A DNA stretch of 64,000 nucleotides from Octopus bimaculoides. Lineage: Eukaryota. Numbering within the stretch: position 1 is the stretch's first letter; each line of letters starts with the position of its first letter. A model generated the notes under the pieces. The model made no database searches. It had not been told where the DNA came from and saw only the letters and a program-made list of their open reading frames with translations. The DNA is taken from positions 38,500,571 through 38,564,570 of the forward strand of contig NC_068995.1 in assembly GCF_001194135.2 (NCBI RefSeq), in the 5' to 3' direction. This document shows positions 63,363 to 64,000 of the stretch, piece by piece. Position numbers and translations under genes: made by a program.

Positions 63363-64000
63363 ACGAAATTAATTTATCGCATTATTAATTGAACTTTATG
63401 TTGACAGAGTTAGAGCAAATATTTAAATATTTTTCTTCTCCAAACATTAGGACCAGGGTTAAATCCTATTATATGACATATAGGATATATAGATGAATTC
63501 TAATATACCCCCGAAACGGATAATGTCCTGTCACAGAAATCTGGTGGATGGTCTAAATCTGTGTAGAAGGGCGCTGTATGTTATTCACATGTTCATACCT
63601 GTTTTATTGATTTGACTTGAGAATCATTAAGGGCATGCAATGCGGTAGAATATTCGACTACATATCACTAAAATTCAAATAACGTCATCAGTTTTTCCAG
63701 TAACTGAAAATATTCCCAATCGTTAGTTCTGTCCTAAATATAATAATCATTATTTTAGACATACATAAATTCTTTTGAAATGAGTAAAAGTTCTGCGTTA
63801 TTCACATATCTACTTTCGTAGTATGAATTCATATCCAGTTGGCAGTGATCCTCTGAAGTGACCATAAACAACAGGTGTTATAAATACAAATACACACACA
63901 CACAAACACACACCCGTACACAGGCACATACACAGACATGCACACACAAACATACACACACATACACATATGTATGCATGTATGTATACGTACGCAAATA

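Overview
This is eukaryotic, AT-rich and very repeat-dense DNA. The SINE, mariner and microsatellite landscape looks like a coleoid cephalopod (Octopus-like); that is an inference from recalled repeat families, not a database hit. There are 11 N-gaps (20720-20887, 23417-23611, 25615-25740, 29797-30027, 31516-32288, 44127-44201, 47705-47902, 49262-49835, 52396-52949, 55938-56065, 61299-61817), almost all at (TA)n tracts. I found no intact, recognisable host protein-coding gene, rRNA, true tRNA or CRISPR array. Nearly all meaningful ORFs in the track are pieces of decayed transposons. DNA transposons: three mariner remnants plus a mariner MITE, a maT-like Tc1/mariner, a piggyBac, a Chapaev3-like transposase split by a SINE, and Helitron remnants. 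Retroelements: Tx1/L1, RTE, CR1, R4/Dong-like, HERO-like and Penelope-like fragments, plus many tRNA-derived SINEs. The best second-look signals are structural: several long inverted repeats (one a perfect 166-bp pair made of old SINE sequence), a tandem + inverted + direct rearrangement near 41-42 kb, hammerhead-like motifs at Penelope-type ends, a frame-preserving 69-bp (23-aa) coding-like repeat, and a couple of candidate host exons. None is a demonstrated new biological system. Coordinates of decayed elements are approximate unless a TIR or TSD is quoted.
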